From contig JBAYIT010000002.1 in the NCBI GenBank assembly GCA_041665485.1, positions 133,867-197,866 of the forward strand: a stretch of DNA of 64,000 nucleotides. Reading direction: 5' to 3'. This DNA comes from Candidatus Shapirobacteria bacterium. Lineage in GTDB: Bacteria; Patescibacteriota; Microgenomatia; UBA12405. Shown piece after piece: positions 46,696 to 55,219 of this stretch (positions are counted from its first letter, which is position 1; each line of letters opens with the position of its first letter). The notes under the pieces are model-generated. The model was not told where the DNA came from. It ran no database searches and worked only from the letters and a program-made list of their open reading frames with translations. Both the position numbers and the translations under genes were made by a program.

Positions 46696-48462
46696 TTGCT
46701 ATTCTTAACTATGATCGTCTTGGTTCTTCTTTTTCTACTTCTTACTAGTCCGACGCTTGCCACTGGCGAATTTTCTCTTTCCAAAAGCACCTCCTACCAC
46801 TTCGATCAAGCCGGCCTGGCCACCGTCGAAGAAACCATCGACCTTCAAAATAATTATTCCCAAATTTACCCCACCCAGTATTCTCTCTCCTTAACCAGCA
46901 CCACCTTAAAAAATATTATCGCCAACGATTCATCCGGAAATATTCTCCAAAACACCACTACCGACTCCCAAACCAACACCACTGTTATCAACCTTAAATT
47001 CAATCATCCCGGAGTCGGCAAAGACAAAAACACCACCTTTCAGCTCCGTTACCAACTAGATAATTTAGCCAAGCTTAAGGGCAATACCTGGGAAATTAGT
47101 CTCCCCCAAATCGAGCCCGAAGTTACTCAAAAAAGCCTCAAAATCTCTATCCCTCGCTCTTTTGGCCCGGTCGCTTTTGCCTCAGTTCCCTTTACTTCCC
47201 AGGAAAAAGTCGATTCCCAGGAAATCAGCCTTACTCCCCAGCCAAAAAACAAAATTTTAATCACTTTTGGTGATTACCAATTATTTAATTTTAACCTCAC
47301 CTACGAGCTTCAAAACCAACAATCGTCCCCAAGTTATCTCAAAATTCCCCTCCCTCCCGACACTAGCCATCAACGGGTCATTTTTAGTCATCTCACTCCC
47401 CGGCCGGAAAATATTTCCTCCGATCCCGACGGCAACTGGCTAGCCACCTATCTTCTTGAGCCTCAATCAAATCTTACTGTCACCACCTCCGGCCAGGTAC
47501 AAACTTTTAGTCTTGTTTTAGAGCCAACTTCACCCCTTCCTCAACACACCCAATCCCAATCGCTCTGGCCCATCGATAATCCTCAAATTCAAACCACCAT
47601 TGCCAATTTCAAAACCCCCAAAAACATCTATGATTTTGTTGTTTCTCATCTTGATTATAACTACGACCTCATCAATAACCCCTCCCGCAAAGGCGCCCTT
47701 TCTGCTCTCGCTGATCCCAAGAACTCTCTTTGCACCGAGTTTACCGACCTCTTTGTCACTCTTGCCCGGGCCAAAGGTATTCCCGCCCGGGAAATTGAAG
47801 GCTACGCCCTCACCAACGATTCCAAAATCAAGCCGGTCAACCCCGTCTCCGACATCCTCCACGCTTGGCCTCAATACTTCGATTTCGCCAGAAAATCCTG
47901 GATTGATATCGACCCGACTTGGGCCAAAACCACTGCTGGCGTCGATTATTTTTCCGATATTGATTTAAACCACGTCACCCTGGTTATTCACGGTCTCGAT
48001 AGCTTTAACCCCCCGCCTCCCGGCTCCTATCGCCTAACTCAAAACAAAACGGTTGACTTTTCTCTTGCCAAAACCAAAATCCCCGCCACCAACCTTCCTC
48101 CCATCATCAACTTTACCAATTCTCCTCAAAAAAAGTTATTTCTTACTCTTTCCAACCCCAATCTCCATTCCCTAAAATCCGTCAAAATCACTAGTCAAGG
48201 TTGGTCGTGGGAAAGCCCCTCTCTCCCTCCGCTCTCTATCACCAACATCTCTCCCCCTCAAACCTCCTGGCTGGCTTCACTTCTGCCTCAAAATCGCCAG
48301 CTCAATCTTACCCTCGAGTACGGCGTCAACACCACCAATCTCAAACTCAATTATCCTCGTCATTTTTCCAATCTTTTTCTACTTATTGGTATTGCTATTG
48401 TTGGCCTAAGTATTGGAGGTATAATATTAACTACATCTCACCATGATCAAAAGACTGGCTAA
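46696..48462 (+). CDS. transglutaminase-like cysteine protease domain protein, secreted/membrane-anchored
   Basis: Signal peptide. Core CTEFTDLFVTLARAKGIPAREIEGY...HAW (Cys-His) and a C-terminal TM. Confidence 0.55.
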   Translation: MLFLTMIVLVLLFLLLTSPTLATGEFSLSKSTSYHFDQAGLATVEETIDLQNNYSQIYPTQYSLSLTSTTLKNIIANDSSGNILQNTTTDSQTNTTVINLKFNHPGVGKDKNTTFQLRYQLDNLAKLKGNTWEISLPQIEPEVTQKSLKISIPRSFGPVAFASVPFTSQEKVDSQEISLTPQPKNKILITFGDYQLFNFNLTYELQNQQSSPSYLKIPLPPDTSHQRVIFSHLTPRPENISSDPDGNWLATYLLEPQSNLTVTTSGQVQTFSLVLEPTSPLPQHTQSQSLWPIDNPQIQTTIANFKTPKNIYDFVVSHLDYNYDLINNPSRKGALSALADPKNSLCTEFTDLFVTLARAKGIPAREIEGYALTNDSKIKPVNPVSDILHAWPQYFDFARKSWIDIDPTWAKTTAGVDYFSDIDLNHVTLVIHGLDSFNPPPPGSYRLTQNKTVDFSLAKTKIPATNLPPIINFTNSPQKKLFLTLSNPNLHSLKSVKITSQGWSWESPSLPPLSITNISPPQTSWLASLLPQNRQLNLTLEYGVNTTNLKLNYPRHFSNLFLLIGIAIVGLSIGGIILTTSHHDQKTG

Positions 48463-48850
48463 ATACACTCTCCTCTCTGTCTTTGCCCTAATTACTGTCA
48501 ATCAAATTTGGGGCAACTTTTCTTTCCTCCCTGTCCTTGTCCTCCTTAAATCCGCCCTGGTTCTCTCTCTTTTTGAAGTTATCCTCAAGCCGATTGTCAA
48601 ATTGCTTCTCTTGCCAATCAATATCCTAACTTTGGGTCTTTTCCGCATTATTATTAATACTCTCGGTCTTTACCTGGCCATTTATTTTGTTCCCGAATTC
48701 AAGGTTGGCAACATTGCCACTTCCGGCTTTTCCTGGCAGGGTTTTGTCATCCCCGCCTTTAGTTTTCAGGCTTTTTTTGCTATCCTCGTTTCTTCCTTTA
48801 CTTTTAGTATTATATTTTATCTATTCAAGCTAATTTGCACTAAAAAATGA
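48443..48850 (+). CDS. phage holin family protein (4-TMS superfamily IV) / small membrane protein
   Basis: 135 aa with 4 TM helices and the motif LPINILTLGLFRIIINTLGLYL. Confidence 0.5.
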   Translation: MIKRLAKYTLLSVFALITVNQIWGNFSFLPVLVLLKSALVLSLFEVILKPIVKLLLLPINILTLGLFRIIINTLGLYLAIYFVPEFKVGNIATSGFSWQGFVIPAFSFQAFFAILVSSFTFSIIFYLFKLICTKK

Positions 48851-49059
48851 AAACCGCACTTGTTATTTTCCAAATAATTCTCTCGGTTGCCCTGATTGTT
48901 CTTATTTTTCTCCAGTCCAGTGGCGATAATGAATCTCGTGGTAATCTTTTCTCCACCACCAGTCCTCAACGGCGCGGTTGGGAAAAAGTTATTTTCACTT
49001 TCACTCTAATTGTCTTTAGTCTGTTTATCATCTCTTCCATCGTCCAAACCATTCTCTAA
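48847..49059 (+). CDS. secG: preprotein translocase subunit SecG
   Basis: 70 aa with two TM helices and LIFLQSSGDNESRGNLFS, a SecG-like loop. Confidence 0.55.
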   Translation: MKTALVIFQIILSVALIVLIFLQSSGDNESRGNLFSTTSPQRRGWEKVIFTFTLIVFSLFIISSIVQTIL

Positions 49060-49061
49060 CC

Positions 49062-50396
49062 TTGATCAATAAAATTCGCTTTAAACTAGAATTGCTTTTT
49101 TACTATTTTAAGCGTTATTTTCTTCTCATCTTAGCCGGTGCCGCCGTCAGCTCTCTCCTCCTCGCCTTTTCCTCACCCATCATTGCTTTTCTCACCAAAG
49201 CCATCCCCGCCAATCCTAAAGTTATCGGTATCGAAGGCCTCTACTCTGCCAACCAGCTTCCGCCTCTTATTGCCAACCAAATTAGTTACGGCTTAACTCA
49301 AGTCAGCGACAACAATCGGGCGGAAAAATCGCCCCTAATTGATCAAATCGAAGTAAAAAACGATCAAAAACAATATATTTTTCACCTCAATTCACTCCTC
49401 TGGCATGACGGCACCACTTTTACCGCCGACGATGTTGTCCGTCTCTACAAGATCAGCAACGCCACTCTTTCTGCCCCGGATTCCAAAACCCTCGTCGTCA
49501 ACCTCGACAAGGAATTTGCCCCTCTTCTCTCCCTGCTCTCCAAACCGCTAGTCGGTCCCAAATACAGTGGTCTCGGCCCAAATCAACTTATCGCCATTAA
49601 TTATCGTGACGGCTATATCAAAAATCTAACTCTAAAAAACATCGCCACCGGTAAATTAACTATTTATCGTTTTTACTCCAGCCAAAACGATCTCATCACT
49701 GCCTTCAAACTCGGCGAAATTGAACAGTTCACCACCAACACTTTTCCTGAATCTATTGCCACTTGGCATAAAGTCAATATCACCACCAATATCGACACCA
49801 ACAGTTTTTATACCGCTCTTTTTATTAACACTGAAAAATTTAGCAAAAAACAATTTCGTCAAAGTCTGGCTTATGCCACTTCCAAGCCTGCCGATAAAAA
49901 CGAACGTTGCCTTGGCCCAATTTCTCCTAATTCTTGGGCCTACAATCCTCAAATTAAGGAATACAACTACAACCCTATCCGGGCCAAAGAATTGATTGCC
50001 GAAGATGATCCCAAAAACATTAAATTGATTGTCACCTCCCGCGATCTTCTCCCTCTTTCCGAAAAAATTAAAACTGAATGGCAAGAAATTTTGGGCATTA
50101 CCGTCACCACCGCCGTCGGCAACATTCCCAAAGGGGATTACGACATGATTCTCTCCTACGGCAACCTCCCTCAAGACCCCGATCAATATCTTTTTTGGCA
50201 TTCAACCCAAACCACCACCAACATTACTCACTTTAACAATTCGCGCATCGATAAACTTCTCGAAGAGGGGAGAGTCACCCCTGACCCCCAGGAAAGAAAA
50301 AGGATTTATTTTGATTTTCAAAGATTTCTTCTCGAAGAGTCTCCCGCCATCTTTATAAGTTTCCCTACCACCCACACCGTTTCTCGGGTAAAATAA
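49062..50396 (+). CDS. extracellular solute-binding protein, family 5 (Opp/Dpp-like), orphan
   Basis: N-terminal TM anchor and the W-x-DG-x-x-TA-x-D motif (WHDGTTFTADDVV). There are no adjacent permease genes. Confidence 0.45.
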   Translation: MINKIRFKLELLFYYFKRYFLLILAGAAVSSLLLAFSSPIIAFLTKAIPANPKVIGIEGLYSANQLPPLIANQISYGLTQVSDNNRAEKSPLIDQIEVKNDQKQYIFHLNSLLWHDGTTFTADDVVRLYKISNATLSAPDSKTLVVNLDKEFAPLLSLLSKPLVGPKYSGLGPNQLIAINYRDGYIKNLTLKNIATGKLTIYRFYSSQNDLITAFKLGEIEQFTTNTFPESIATWHKVNITTNIDTNSFYTALFINTEKFSKKQFRQSLAYATSKPADKNERCLGPISPNSWAYNPQIKEYNYNPIRAKELIAEDDPKNIKLIVTSRDLLPLSEKIKTEWQEILGITVTTAVGNIPKGDYDMILSYGNLPQDPDQYLFWHSTQTTTNITHFNNSRIDKLLEEGRVTPDPQERKRIYFDFQRFLLEESPAIFISFPTTHTVSRVK

Positions 50397-50627
50397 ATTA
50401 TGGAAGACAAACCAATTGATTTTATCGGTGGCATTCTTCTTCTCACTCTTTTTCTCCTTCTCGCCTACGCCGGCTTCTTGTCTTATCAAAGTATCGATTG
50501 GAATGTTTTGAAACGTCTGGAATCCACCCCTCTAGCTCTCCCTGCTCCCGCCACCTCCTCCGCCACCCCGGCCTCTCCTTCCGCCTCTCCTAATCCATAA
50601 ACTATTTTTAAAATTTAAAATTTAAAA

Positions 50628-51236
50628 TTGTTTTTCTTTACCCTCCCTCCTCTTCCCAAACCCCCCGTTGAAACCTATCAAATCGTCGATGTCATTGACG
50701 GCGACACTATCGTCACCGACAAATCCCAAAAAGTCAGATTATTAAGTGTTGATGCACCCGAGTTAGATCTTTGTGGTGGTCTTGAGGCCAAAACCAAACT
50801 CGAATCTTTAGTTAAAGGAAAAAAGGTCAAACTCCATGAGGTTATCGCCGATAGTTATAGCCGTGTCGTCGCTCTAGTCTATCAAGGCCGGACTTCGGTT
50901 AATGCCGAAATGGTTAAATCCGGCTGGGGTAAATACAATAGTATTAACACCAGCCAAAGCAACACTCTTTTATATTATTCCCGCCAAGCCCAAGACAAGG
51001 GTAGGGGAGTCTTTAGCCCCCTTTGCCGTCAAGCCACTAACCCCGAAAATCCCAAATGTTTAATCAAGGGCAATGCCGCCCGCGATAATCGCAATATTTA
51101 TTTCTTCCCCGGTTGTAGTGATTACGACCGGGTTATTGTCGAAAAAAATCTCGGCGACCGCTGGTTTTGCACCGAAGCCGAAGCCGTCAAATCCGGCTTC
51201 CAAAAATCCCAAAACTGCTATGATAAAAAGTTTTAA
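50628..51236 (+). CDS. thermonuclease (SNase-like) with C-terminal Cys-containing accessory domain
   Basis: QIVDVIDGDTIVTDKSQKVRLLSVDAPE, the SNase fold. The C-terminus is IYFFPGCSDY...RWFCTEAEAVKSGF. Confidence 0.65.
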   Translation: MFFFTLPPLPKPPVETYQIVDVIDGDTIVTDKSQKVRLLSVDAPELDLCGGLEAKTKLESLVKGKKVKLHEVIADSYSRVVALVYQGRTSVNAEMVKSGWGKYNSINTSQSNTLLYYSRQAQDKGRGVFSPLCRQATNPENPKCLIKGNAARDNRNIYFFPGCSDYDRVIVEKNLGDRWFCTEAEAVKSGFQKSQNCYDKKF

Positions 51237-51240
51237 TTTT

Positions 51241-51345
51241 ATTCTTAATTTAAAAATTTCGAAGTGAAACGAAGTCCGTCTCAGACGGAAAGAATTTAAA
51301 AATTGATTAAAAATTAAAAATTTCAAATTAAAAATTAATAATAAT
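51241..51345. promoter_or_regulatory. GC hairpin (tccgtc-tca-gacgga) followed by a phased A-tract element
   Basis: cgaagtgaaacgaagtccgtctcagacggaaag followed by aaaaattgattaaaaattaaaaatttcaaattaaaaatta. A likely terminator for the SNase gene plus a promoter element for the 51346 gene. Confidence 0.4.
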
Positions 51346-51741
51346 ATGCCCGATCAACAACAAGTTCTCGTCAGTCAATACATCTCTCTTATTACTCAAA
51401 AATCCACCCTCGATTCTAAGCTCTCGAAACTCGAGCAGGAAATCGCCGCCTTTTGTCGCCAAAATCGTCGCAAAACTCTCAAAACCCCCACTCATCTTCT
51501 CTATGTTATTCAAAAACTTCGCACCGTTTTTCCCAGCAAACGTAGCCCCGAACGCCAAACCCTCGAAGCCATCCTCAAAAACTATCCCAAACTTTCCGAT
51601 TTTATGGTTTTGGAAACCATCAGCCTTGGCCAGGCCTACGACAAAAAAGCCCTCCCCCAAGACCTGCTTGCCAAGCTCGCCCCGCTGGCCACCCAAAAGC
51701 CCTATCTCAAAATCTCCCTCCTTAAGGCCAAAAAGAAATAA
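51346..51741 (+). CDS. hypothetical protein
   Basis: 131-aa ORF with no motif. Confidence 0.3.
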   Translation: MPDQQQVLVSQYISLITQKSTLDSKLSKLEQEIAAFCRQNRRKTLKTPTHLLYVIQKLRTVFPSKRSPERQTLEAILKNYPKLSDFMVLETISLGQAYDKKALPQDLLAKLAPLATQKPYLKISLLKAKKK

Positions 51742-51756
51742 AATACGTTCTAATAT

Positions 51757-52223
51757 ATGCTTATTTTCATTGACGAATCTGGTGATGCTGGTTTTAGAAT
51801 CCAAAAAGGTTCGTCTGCCCACTTTGTCATATCTCTAGTTATTTTCGACGATGAACTAGATGCCGAAGAAACAGCTCTAAAAATAAAGAGATTAAAAAAG
51901 AGTTATTTTACGCCTTTTCCCTACGAATGGTTCTCCAACATAATCGTCGCACTATTGGTAATGCCAAAATAAGACTTGATGGTACCGGAGAAAGAGAATT
52001 CAAAAAGCAATTAACACTATACCTACGCCAAAATTTAAATACAAATACCCAAAAAGTAATAAAGAACTTTAAATTCAGAAATTCAAAAAGTGATGTCCTA
52101 ATTCAACTCGCAGATATGATAGCTGGCAGTCTTCGTCGATATTTTGATCATTCAACTACGGATTGGAATATTTACCGAAAAATAATCAAACACAGAGAAG
52201 AAGACACCTGGGAGTTTCAGTAA
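51757..52223 (+). pseudogene. DUF3800-family gene disrupted by a frameshift
   Basis: ORF 51757-51972 begins MLIFIDESGDAG, the DUF3800 N-terminal hallmark. ORF 51927-52223, in another frame, ends with DVLIQLADMIAG, the C-terminal hallmark. The frames switch within or near aaaataaagagattaaaaaag. Confidence 0.6.
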
Positions 52224-52366
52224 ATAAATCGACCCAACGCCTATTTTGACGATTGTCAAAAACGCACACCATACGGTGACAGTTCGGCTATTGGGTCTTT
52301 GTAAAAGAAGTTTAACAACAAAACCACTAAAAAACAAACACCACCCAAGTTTGGTAAAATAACCTA

Positions 52367-55219
52367 ATGTTGGCTCGGTTAAAAAACATCCCCGCCTTTT
52401 TCTTCTGGCTCCTTAATCTAAGTTTAGCTACTACTGTTCTTGGTTGGCTTGGCACTTTTGTTTGGCAGATACTAAGCCAAGCTAGTTACAACGATATTAA
52501 AAGCTTTTTTTCTTCTATTCCACTGGACATCGCCATTACTATCGTCGTGGTTCTGGCCATGCCTTTTCTTCTCATCGCCCTTGTTTTTATCACCAAAAAC
52601 CAACACAACTCCACCAAACTTTCTCAACTCCTGCTTGGTGTTGAACTGCCCACCATTGCCTTTACCATAGCCAGACTCATCTTCCTAAAAACCCTCATCC
52701 CCACCAATATCTTATTTCTCTCCACCGCCGTTATTAGCATTTTCGCCTACATCATCTATATTTTCAAAAAATCATATAACAATCGGCTTTTAAAAATTCT
52801 TCACACTCTCGCTCTCCAGTCCGCTGTCGTCGTTGGCGTTTATGCCTCTCTCTTAATGTTCTTTTTTCTGCCTATTTTTATCGCTTTTATTTTCCAAATC
52901 ATCAATTCTCTTTTTCATCTTGGTTTTAGTTTTGGCAACGAACCCAATTTATGGATCCTAGCCACTGGCTTAATTAGCTTTTTCGCCTTCTCACTCCTCG
53001 CTCTGTCTTTAATTTGTAGTCCTTTTATCGGCCTGGTTGCCTATTTCAAAGCTTCTGCCCGGCTCGACCAACATTTCAAGTCGGCCCGCCTCGGCTTTAG
53101 TTCTGCTTATGTTTTTTTGACTCTGATTCTGGCCTATCAATCGAGCCTTATATTTTTTAACAGTCAAATTGATGTCTATAAAAATACCACCGAATTCAAA
53201 CAACGTTCTAAAATCGCTTCCCAAATTTTAAAGAATCAGAACTTTATAAAAAACCGCCTGGTCGACACCTACCTGGCTCATTATCAATATCTCACCGACA
53301 GCCAAATGTCTGTTTTAAAACAAGCTTATCTTGATCAAACCAACATTAAAGAACCGCTGGCCAATAACCTCCAAAACTGGTTTCTCGCCCTGGCCTACCC
53401 CTTCGTTTATCAAGGTCATTTTGAAGAAGATGTTAAAAATGCCGACCAAAATTATCAACTAATTTTTGACGAACCCATTCAACTTGCTCAAAGCCAAAAA
53501 GTAAAATCTATTCTATCTACTTCCTTTAATATTTCTTCCGACCAACTCAAATCATCAATTTTAGATAGGGAGGACCAAGATGTACTTCTTGTAAACCGCC
53601 AAATTAGCGTCACCCCCGATTCCCGCCATCAATTTGCCACCGTTACCATCGAAGAAGAATATGAGAATCTCACCCCCGCCGATCAGGAAGTTTTTTACCT
53701 CTTCTCTCTTCCCCAAGATTCGGTTATTACTGATCTCAAACTTGGCCCCGATCTAAATCTAACCAGCGATCATCTTGAAACTATCTCTCCCATTATTCCC
53801 ACTCCGGCTCCCCAAGTTAGCCTTAAGCCAACTCTGGCAATCCCCAAACCCATCGAACAAAAAGATTCAGGGCAGGTCGCCCCCAAAGGTGCTGCCGATT
53901 CTACCTTTGAAAACCAATACCGATTCCGTATCGATCCGGCCATTCTCGAGCAAGTTAGTCCAGTCTCCTATCAGCTTCGAGTTTATCCTATTCCCGTAAC
54001 TGAAAAAAACCTCTCTTCTTGGCAAAGAGACAATCTTACTGCTCCAGTCAGAAATCAGAAAGTTCGCTATAGTTATGTCACTGTCATCGATCAAAACGGC
54101 CAAGTTGCTCTCCCCAAAATTCAGGAACAAAGAAATTTAGTCAAAAGCGACAAAACCATTTTTGCCGCCTCCCAACCAATTCCCAATTTTTCTCCTAATT
54201 CTCCTAATCTCCGCTTCGTTAATGGCCTCACCCAAACCCTCTATCTTCACCAACCCAACACTTCTCTAGTCTCAATTGACAACAAAAAAATCGCCATCCT
54301 GGCCGACTCTTCTTACACTATGGGGGTCAAAGATTGGCAATCATTTCTAAGTCAACAACTGCCTCTATCCACCCTTGTTCAAACCAATATCGTCGATCTC
54401 TACTATTTTAATGACCTGGTTTCGCCGGCTGTTAATCTCAATCAACAAATCAATAACCCCAAAGCCTTTACCCAAGTTGCTTTCGGCCAAACCAACCGTC
54501 TTCAGGCTCTCAAATATGTCCAAGGTAAATATGATTTAGTTTTAATGTTTACCGACCCCTCTCCGGCCGACAGCTCCTCTCAAACCAGCCCTTCTCTCCA
54601 AAACAACCAAGCTATTTACTTAATTTTTAAGGACAATCAATTTCCTAAGTTCCCCGACCCATTAACTTTTTATCTTCAAGCCAACAGGGCTATTATTACC
54701 TCCAGCGGTCAATTAGCTCTGGAAAACTATGCTCATCTCCTCACTCTAAAAAATCAATTTGCCAATTCTTCTGTTTTGGTTACCGACTCCGGCTCCTGGG
54801 TAACCATGCCCACAAGCATTAGTTCGCCTATAAATTTCCAGACGCTATCACCGTCCGATCCTGCCGCCAAATTAGCTCTCCACCGCCAAATCGAAACTCA
54901 AATGGGGGATTCCTCCCGTTTTGATTCCCTAAACTCTCTGGCCGCCTCAGCTGGCATCGTCACTCCCTTATCCTCTCTTATTGTCCTCACCACCCCCGAG
55001 CAAAAAGAACAGCTTCGCCTTGCCTCGCTTGGTCAAAACCGCTTTACTTCCAACTTCAATCTGGGCGAAGAGCAACTTATCGAGCCCCAGTCCGGCGGTT
55101 TTCTCTCCGGCAGTGCTGTTCCCGAACCGCACGAGTGGCTATTAATCATCACCTCTCTCTTGCTTTTTGGATTTCTTGGTCGACATCAAATCAAGGCTCT
55201 AGTTTCTTCCCATGCTTAG
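52367..55219 (+). CDS. PEP-CTERM (VPEP) sorting-signal protein: N-terminal polytopic membrane domain + extracellular VIT/vWA-like region
   Basis: The C-terminus SAVPEPHEWLLIITSLLLFGFLGRHQIK has PEP, a TM segment and a basic tail. About 8 N-terminal TM helices. A possible MIDAS-like KKIAILADSSYTM. 950 aa. Confidence 0.6.
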   Translation: MLARLKNIPAFFFWLLNLSLATTVLGWLGTFVWQILSQASYNDIKSFFSSIPLDIAITIVVVLAMPFLLIALVFITKNQHNSTKLSQLLLGVELPTIAFTIARLIFLKTLIPTNILFLSTAVISIFAYIIYIFKKSYNNRLLKILHTLALQSAVVVGVYASLLMFFFLPIFIAFIFQIINSLFHLGFSFGNEPNLWILATGLISFFAFSLLALSLICSPFIGLVAYFKASARLDQHFKSARLGFSSAYVFLTLILAYQSSLIFFNSQIDVYKNTTEFKQRSKIASQILKNQNFIKNRLVDTYLAHYQYLTDSQMSVLKQAYLDQTNIKEPLANNLQNWFLALAYPFVYQGHFEEDVKNADQNYQLIFDEPIQLAQSQKVKSILSTSFNISSDQLKSSILDREDQDVLLVNRQISVTPDSRHQFATVTIEEEYENLTPADQEVFYLFSLPQDSVITDLKLGPDLNLTSDHLETISPIIPTPAPQVSLKPTLAIPKPIEQKDSGQVAPKGAADSTFENQYRFRIDPAILEQVSPVSYQLRVYPIPVTEKNLSSWQRDNLTAPVRNQKVRYSYVTVIDQNGQVALPKIQEQRNLVKSDKTIFAASQPIPNFSPNSPNLRFVNGLTQTLYLHQPNTSLVSIDNKKIAILADSSYTMGVKDWQSFLSQQLPLSTLVQTNIVDLYYFNDLVSPAVNLNQQINNPKAFTQVAFGQTNRLQALKYVQGKYDLVLMFTDPSPADSSSQTSPSLQNNQAIYLIFKDNQFPKFPDPLTFYLQANRAIITSSGQLALENYAHLLTLKNQFANSSVLVTDSGSWVTMPTSISSPINFQTLSPSDPAAKLALHRQIETQMGDSSRFDSLNSLAASAGIVTPLSSLIVLTTPEQKEQLRLASLGQNRFTSNFNLGEEQLIEPQSGGFLSGSAVPEPHEWLLIITSLLLFGFLGRHQIKALVSSHA

